Source of the DNA: Eledone cirrhosa
Lineage: Eukaryota
DNA length: 64,000 nucleotides
Direction of reading: 5' to 3'
NCBI GenBank assembly: GCA_964016885.1
Contig: OZ024745.1
Span: forward strand, 88,908,001-88,972,000
Part shown: positions 49,701 through 64,000 of the stretch, one piece after another
Layout of the letters: each line of letters starts with the position of its first letter
Numbering within the stretch: position 1 is the first letter of the stretch
Translations under genes and position numbers: made by a program
Notes under the pieces: generated by a model
What the model saw: the letters and a program-made list of their open reading frames with translations, nothing else
Database searches by the model: none
Told to the model about the DNA's origin: nothing

Positions 49701-52700
49701 ATAGTGTGGAAATCCTATTAGAAACGCCCTTAATTATAGAGTTTATCATAGACTTAGGGTGGTTAGAATTGGGGCTAACATAAGAAAGAATTTCATTAGG
49801 CTTATGGAAGGGTTTAAAACTATTAGTGGCCAAGTCCAAAGTCACATCTAAAAAGTTAACCGCTCTATCATTTCTATCTATCGTGATTGAAAGGTTGTAG
49901 TTATTAAAAAAACTTATAAAGCTTCTTCTTATTACGTTCTACATTGTTGGTACTAGAGTTAATTATAAACAATGCATCATCACGATATAGTCCGCCTACA
50001 AGGTGCGGGAAGGTAGCGTATAGTTCATTAAGGAGGAACAACCCAACAAGATCAGTAACCTGGGCCGAATCGCTCGAACCCATTGTAACGTCGAAATTAT
50101 TGGGCGTGTTTTTACGGGTCCAAAAAGTGTCCTCAAATTTAATAATAGTTTTACGGGCTGCTAGTATAATATCTACCTGCGATCGTGTAAGGATGGACAC
50201 TCTCATGGCCAACATTAAGGCTTTATTGTGGAGGATGGGTGAAATTGATGTGTAGTAGGCATCAATATCGAATTGGATAAACTTATTAGATTCAAGTCTA
50301 TTAATCCCAGAGAACCAATCTATAACTTCCTTAGTGTTCCCCCATAAGTTAAAATTAACCTTATCCCTAACATCTGGTATAATACCAAATACCATGGTAT
50401 CTTTAATAAAAATGTTATTAAACTATCATTCTCTACCACCCCTAATATTAGTTCTCATTTAGCTAGCACTAATAATAGGAAAATTAGGGATGGATTCTCC
50501 TCTCTATATACTGATAGTCAGAATGCATCGGACAATGCTTTACCACGAGAACAGTCCCTATCTAATAGAGGTCCTACGCGCAATACATCACCACTTGAGC
50601 CAACCAATAACACCCGGAAGTGCAATTGTAGAGTGAGTGCTAACTGCCCTCTAAACGGTAACTGCCTTTCTAAAAACATTGTCTATGCTTGCGAGGTTAT
50701 AACTAATTCCTCTAAAGGAACATATATAGGATCTACTTCAAACACTTTTAAGACTAGGTTTAACTCTCATATCTCTAACTTCAAACATGTTAGGTTTAAG
50801 AACTCTACCTCTCTAGCGCATTATATCTGGGACCTTAAGGGAGCTTTTATACCATATAGCCTTAACTGGAGCTTAGTAGCACGATCTAACCACCTTTCTG
50901 CACATAGTAAGTTTTGTAATCTCTGTATACTTGAGACACACTCTATTATTTTCTCTAGCGTACCCTTACTGAATAGAAAGTCTGAGATATTCTCTTCTTG
51001 CCCCCATGCAATTTCTAATTCTTACTTTTATTATAAACCCAAATGTTCTAGTAGTACAAATCGTACCCATTAGCAGATATATTCCATTACTTAGTTTTTT
51101 TGTTTGGGTTCTTTTGTTTGCCAGCACTATTGTTATCATTGGTTTTTGATGACTCTTCATTCTAGCTCTCATAATCATTTGGCCACTGTACCATATCTAT
51201 GTCTTCACTATTACACCTTGTTAGTATACATAAGATTACACACGTTACTTTCTTTATATATTCTTATATATTCTTTTATTATCATTAACTTTAATTTTTA
51301 ATTTTAACATCATTTTTATTTTTATTTTTATTTTTAATTCTATTTTTAATTCTATTTTTATTTCTAAGTCTATTCTGATTTATCTATCGACCCCCCCCCC
51401 TTTGCCCCCCCCCATGCACTGCATTAACTTATTGTCAACCCCTCTAGATTGAATACGATTATATTAAACCCCCCCTCTTTTATGCTCTGTTCTATTATTT
51501 ATTATAGTATATCGAATATATTTTATGCCACTTCGCACCCTCCATATATTTTGTTAATTCTGTCCCCATTAGCCTACCTTAACTCTACTTAAGTCAGTTT
51601 TTTAGATATCGTTACGTATATGATAGTGTACTTTTATTCCTTTTTGTAAACATTTGTAACGATACATTAAAGTTTATATACTTTAATGACTTAGACTATA
51701 GCTAATTTTATACTACCTTATTGGATGGGTTTGATATTTTTAATATTAATTTATCAGATAGGATTTAGAGTCATTTAAAATGATCGCTTTCCTTGGTGTT
51801 TACCAAATTTCTTAATGCACGCGAGGCCTAAGTGTGTATACATTTGCCTTGTTTTGTAATTTCCGGTTGATTGTATTTATTTGTTTTATCCTATATTCTA
51901 TTTACTATTCACTGTCTGGCTTCGTTCACTCATCCACACATGTCTGTCTACTAACCTTGAAACTATAAGTATTTATTTACATATTTTATGCCAATTTTTA
52001 AAATATATTACATTATAATATAGATCCTTATTACTTACCGTTTATTATATATAACATTGAGATAGTTAAACTTTATATATCATATAAGATGTCTTGATTT
52101 TTTAATTTTTTAAATTTTTTAATATTTTAATATTGTAATATGTAACATTATAGTATTTAGACTTTACATATCATGTTGATGTCTGTATATTTTTCTGTAA
52201 CAACATATTTTTCTGTAACATCATAATTGTTCCCTGTACCAATATAGTTTTTTTGAGTATTATTGTATTATATTATATGATTGATATTTCCTCATGTATT
52301 ATGTAACCCAGTATCAATCATGTTGTACATATTGTTTATGCTAATTGTTAATATAATGTTAACAATTTATCATTGTATTTCACTGTGACATCTATATTGT
52401 TTCTGTAAATTAACCGGGGATTATTATATATTCTACTTTATTATATTGTATTGTATTATATAATTTTGTTGTTTATTATTTATTATAAGTGTTTCTTGTA
52501 ATTATATCATATTATTGCCTCATGTATATTGGGTAGATGTATTAGCATTATTTTCACTATTACCATGCTTATCTTTGATATTTTTGATGTGCAAACTTCC
52601 AATAGGGCTTAATTTCTGTGTAATAGAAAGTGGATATGTGTATTGTAATATGTGTGTGTGTGTGTATGTGTGTGTGTGCGCACATATATACATGTATATA

Positions 52701-53098
52701 TTGTACCTTTTGATTTTTAATTTGGAATTTTAATGTTGGTATAGATATATTATTATTATAATGTATTATACTGTGTTATATATAACTCCTGCTCTATATA
52801 ACCAAATTTGTTTAGATTTAAGTTGGTGACTTTGGACTATATTTGTAATATGGTTCTTAATGTTATCTACATCCTTAGTTATTATAATTTTATTATTTTT
52901 ATCTTCATTTTTATTATCGTATATCTTTGTAAGACATTAGTGTATGTAAACTCCATATTCTTCAGAGTTTCTGGCTTGTATCTGCCTAAATTACCTCTTG
53001 TTGTTTTGATTGCCCTGATGAGTCCTTAATAGGACGAAACATTGTCGGCTAATAAAAACTTTTGATGTATTAAAGGATTCTTTGTTTTACTCTCTTAA
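46332..53098 (-). mobile_element. 5'-truncated PLE forming a 6.8-kb fold-back (2.7-kb arms 46332-49051 / 50386-53098; RT in the spacer)
   Basis: FIQFDIDAYY, MGSSDSAQ, LYRDDAL, SNHP, YFNPPY, CNCRVSANCPLNGNC, YIGST, CNLC, CPH. Arms are nearly identical. Confidence 0.92.
53003..53060 (+). ncRNA. Canonical type I hammerhead (mirror copy ~46370-46427 on minus)
   Basis: gcc CTGATGA gtcct-taat-aggac GAAA c-att-g TC ggc; predicted cleavage after 53046. Confidence 0.9.
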
Positions 53099-53269
53099 TT
53101 TTTCGGCTCTGTTTAACTGCATTGAGCTATACCTTTTACTGTCATTTCTATAATACGAAGAGGGTGTTTGACTCAAACACGCTCCAGTATTCTAATCATT
53201 ATATTTATATATATATATATCATCCAATAAGTTCCATTCGTCGCAACACTGATTCTCTTTTTTTACGTG

Positions 53270-60277
<7,008 letters not shown>

Positions 60278-60477
60278 NNNNNNNNNNNNNNNNNNNNNNN
60301 NNNNNNNNNNNNNNNNNNNNNNNNNNNNNNNNNNNNNNNNNNNNNNNNNNNNNNNNNNNNNNNNNNNNNNNNNNNNNNNNNNNNNNNNNNNNNNNNNNNN
60401 NNNNNNNNNNNNNNNNNNNNNNNNNNNNNNNNNNNNNNNNNNNNNNNNNNNNNNNNNNNNNNNNNNNNNNNNNNNNN
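60278..60477. other. Assembly gap (200 N)
   Basis: Direct reading. Confidence 1.
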
Positions 60478-62343
60478 ACACGGACGGTTCATTAACCGAA
60501 AATCCCCAAGAGATATGTGAAATACTGAACGAACAGTACAAAAGTGTCTTCACATGTCCACTGAGGCACATGCAAATAACGAAGCCAGAGGAGTTCTTTG
60601 ATGCCACAACACTACATCAAGAAATGGCAACCATCAACCACATAGACATAACGGAGGAGGATGTGGTGTACGCCATTGATGAAATTAGAACAGACTCGGC
60701 TGCTGGACCTGATGGATTCCCAGCAGTTCTCCTAAAAATATGTAAGCGGGCCTTAGCAACTCCACTGAAGATGCTCTTCAGAAGCTCCTTGGCTAGCGGT
60801 GTACTACCCAGGGAGCTGAAAGAAGGCACAATATGCCCTATCCATAAAGGAGGTAGTAGAGCGGAGGCCAAGAACTATAGGCCAGTCTCCCTGACGTCGC
60901 ATATCAGTAAGGTCATGGAGCGAGTCGTCAGAAAGAAACTAATCACTTTCCTCGAAGAAATGACCGCCTGACTAGCACGCAACATGGCTTCCGCCCAGGA
61001 AGAAGCTGCCTTACACAGCTGCTACATCACTACGACTGGGTACTGAGACAGCTACTAGACAGCTCACATGTAGACGTGATATATCTTGACTTTGCGAAGG
61101 CCTTTGACAAGGTCGACCACGGAATGATATGTCACAAACTACACGGACTCGGCATAACTGGAAAAGTAGGTGAGTGGCTGCATGGCTTCCTGAGGGACAG
61201 AAGCCAGGCAGTCGCAGCAAATGGGGCCCTCTCGAGGGAAACACCGATAACAAGTGGGGTGCCTCAGGGGACAGTCCTGGGACCACTACTGTTTTTGGTG
61301 GCTCTCTCGGACATGCCCTCTGTGGTGCATGCAACAACATCCCTCACTAGCTATGCTGATGACACTAGGTAGCACAGGCAATCAAAAACCCGCTGACGCT
61401 GCCCTCTTACAGCAGGATCTGGATGCCATATACAGATGGGCGGAAGAAAACAACATGCAGTTTAATGCTGGCAAATTCCAAGCCCTACAATACAAACCTG
61501 CAAACACAAACACAAATATAGCGGAACACAGCTACACAGGACCAGGAGGGACCGATATCCCCGTGTCAAAATCGATACGAGACCTGGGCATAGACATGAG
61601 CGATGATGCATCTTTTTCTTCACACATCATGAAGGTGGCGACCAGCATGTAGACGATTCGCTGGCTGGATCTTGAGGACTTTCCTTACAAGAGATCGAGA
61701 CACCATGTTGACACTGTGGAGGACTTTTGTCCTAAGCCGCCTGGACTACTGCTCCCAGCTGTGGTCACCCCATAGTGTCAAACTAACCACAGAGCTTGAG
61801 GCAATCCAGCGAAGCTACACCAAGAGGATTGCCAGATGAGGGAGACAAGCTACTGGGAGAGGCTGAAGGAACTGACCTCTACTCCTTGGAGCGAAGACGG
61901 GAGAGATACGCAGTGATCTACATGTGGAAAATCCTGGAGGGACTAGCACCAAACTTTGGCATTGGGAGCTGGACCAACCGTCGAACAGGACGTCACTGTG
62001 TGGTGCCAAAGTCCCGTCTTCCACATCTAGAATAAGGAGCAGGTATTGCAATAGCCTGGATTCAAGGGCCCTCAACTCTTCAACAGGCTGCGAGGCATCT
62101 GCGAGACTTGCATGACGTGGAGGTGGATGTCTTTAAGAAACATCTCGACACCTTGTTATCCAGGATCCCGGATGAGCCACAGCAAGACACGAGGAAACCT
62201 AAGGGCAGCAGCAACAAACTCCCTCCTACACCAGTGGCCAACCTATACAGGCTGGAGATAAAATGTGTAGCAACAAGGGCGGTGCCCCAGCATGGCCTCA
62301 GCCGGATGGCTGAAACAGGTAAAAGAGTAAAAGAGTAAAAGAG
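60478..62343 (+). mobile_element. CR1-group LINE, RT and 3' end, frameshifted
   Basis: AAGPDGF, NYRPVSLTS, QHGFR, YLDFAKAFDKVDH, GVPQGTVLGPLLF, YADD, LYSLERRRERY; tail (gtaaaaga)x3. Confidence 0.9.

Positions 62344-64000
<1,657 letters not shown>

Overview
AT-rich eukaryotic sequence made almost entirely of retroelements and (TA)n/(CA)n microsatellites. The SINE fragments resemble cephalopod SINEs as I recall them, so an octopus genome is likely (inference). I can support no host gene. The window holds: a Gypsy integrase/LTR remnant; many Penelope-like elements (PLEs; RT plus C-terminal GIY-YIG endonuclease) of at least three lineages, often as fold-back inverted repeats inserted in (TA)n; two decayed Tx1/L1-clade LINEs; a CR1-group LINE 3' half; and several SINE pieces. 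More than a dozen hammerhead ribozyme (HHR) motifs, some with non-canonical cores, can be read by eye in the PLE termini. The standout is a 6.5-kb array (53797-60277) of about 21 near-identical 310-bp non-coding units. Each unit carries a complete type I hammerhead on the minus strand and folds into a closed multibranch structure. This is the signature of a non-LTR retrozyme (circular-RNA retroelement). It sits in the same (TA)n target as the PLEs, and one almost intact PLE (16795-18967) is a candidate helper. All folds were made by eye and coordinates of decayed elements are approximate.
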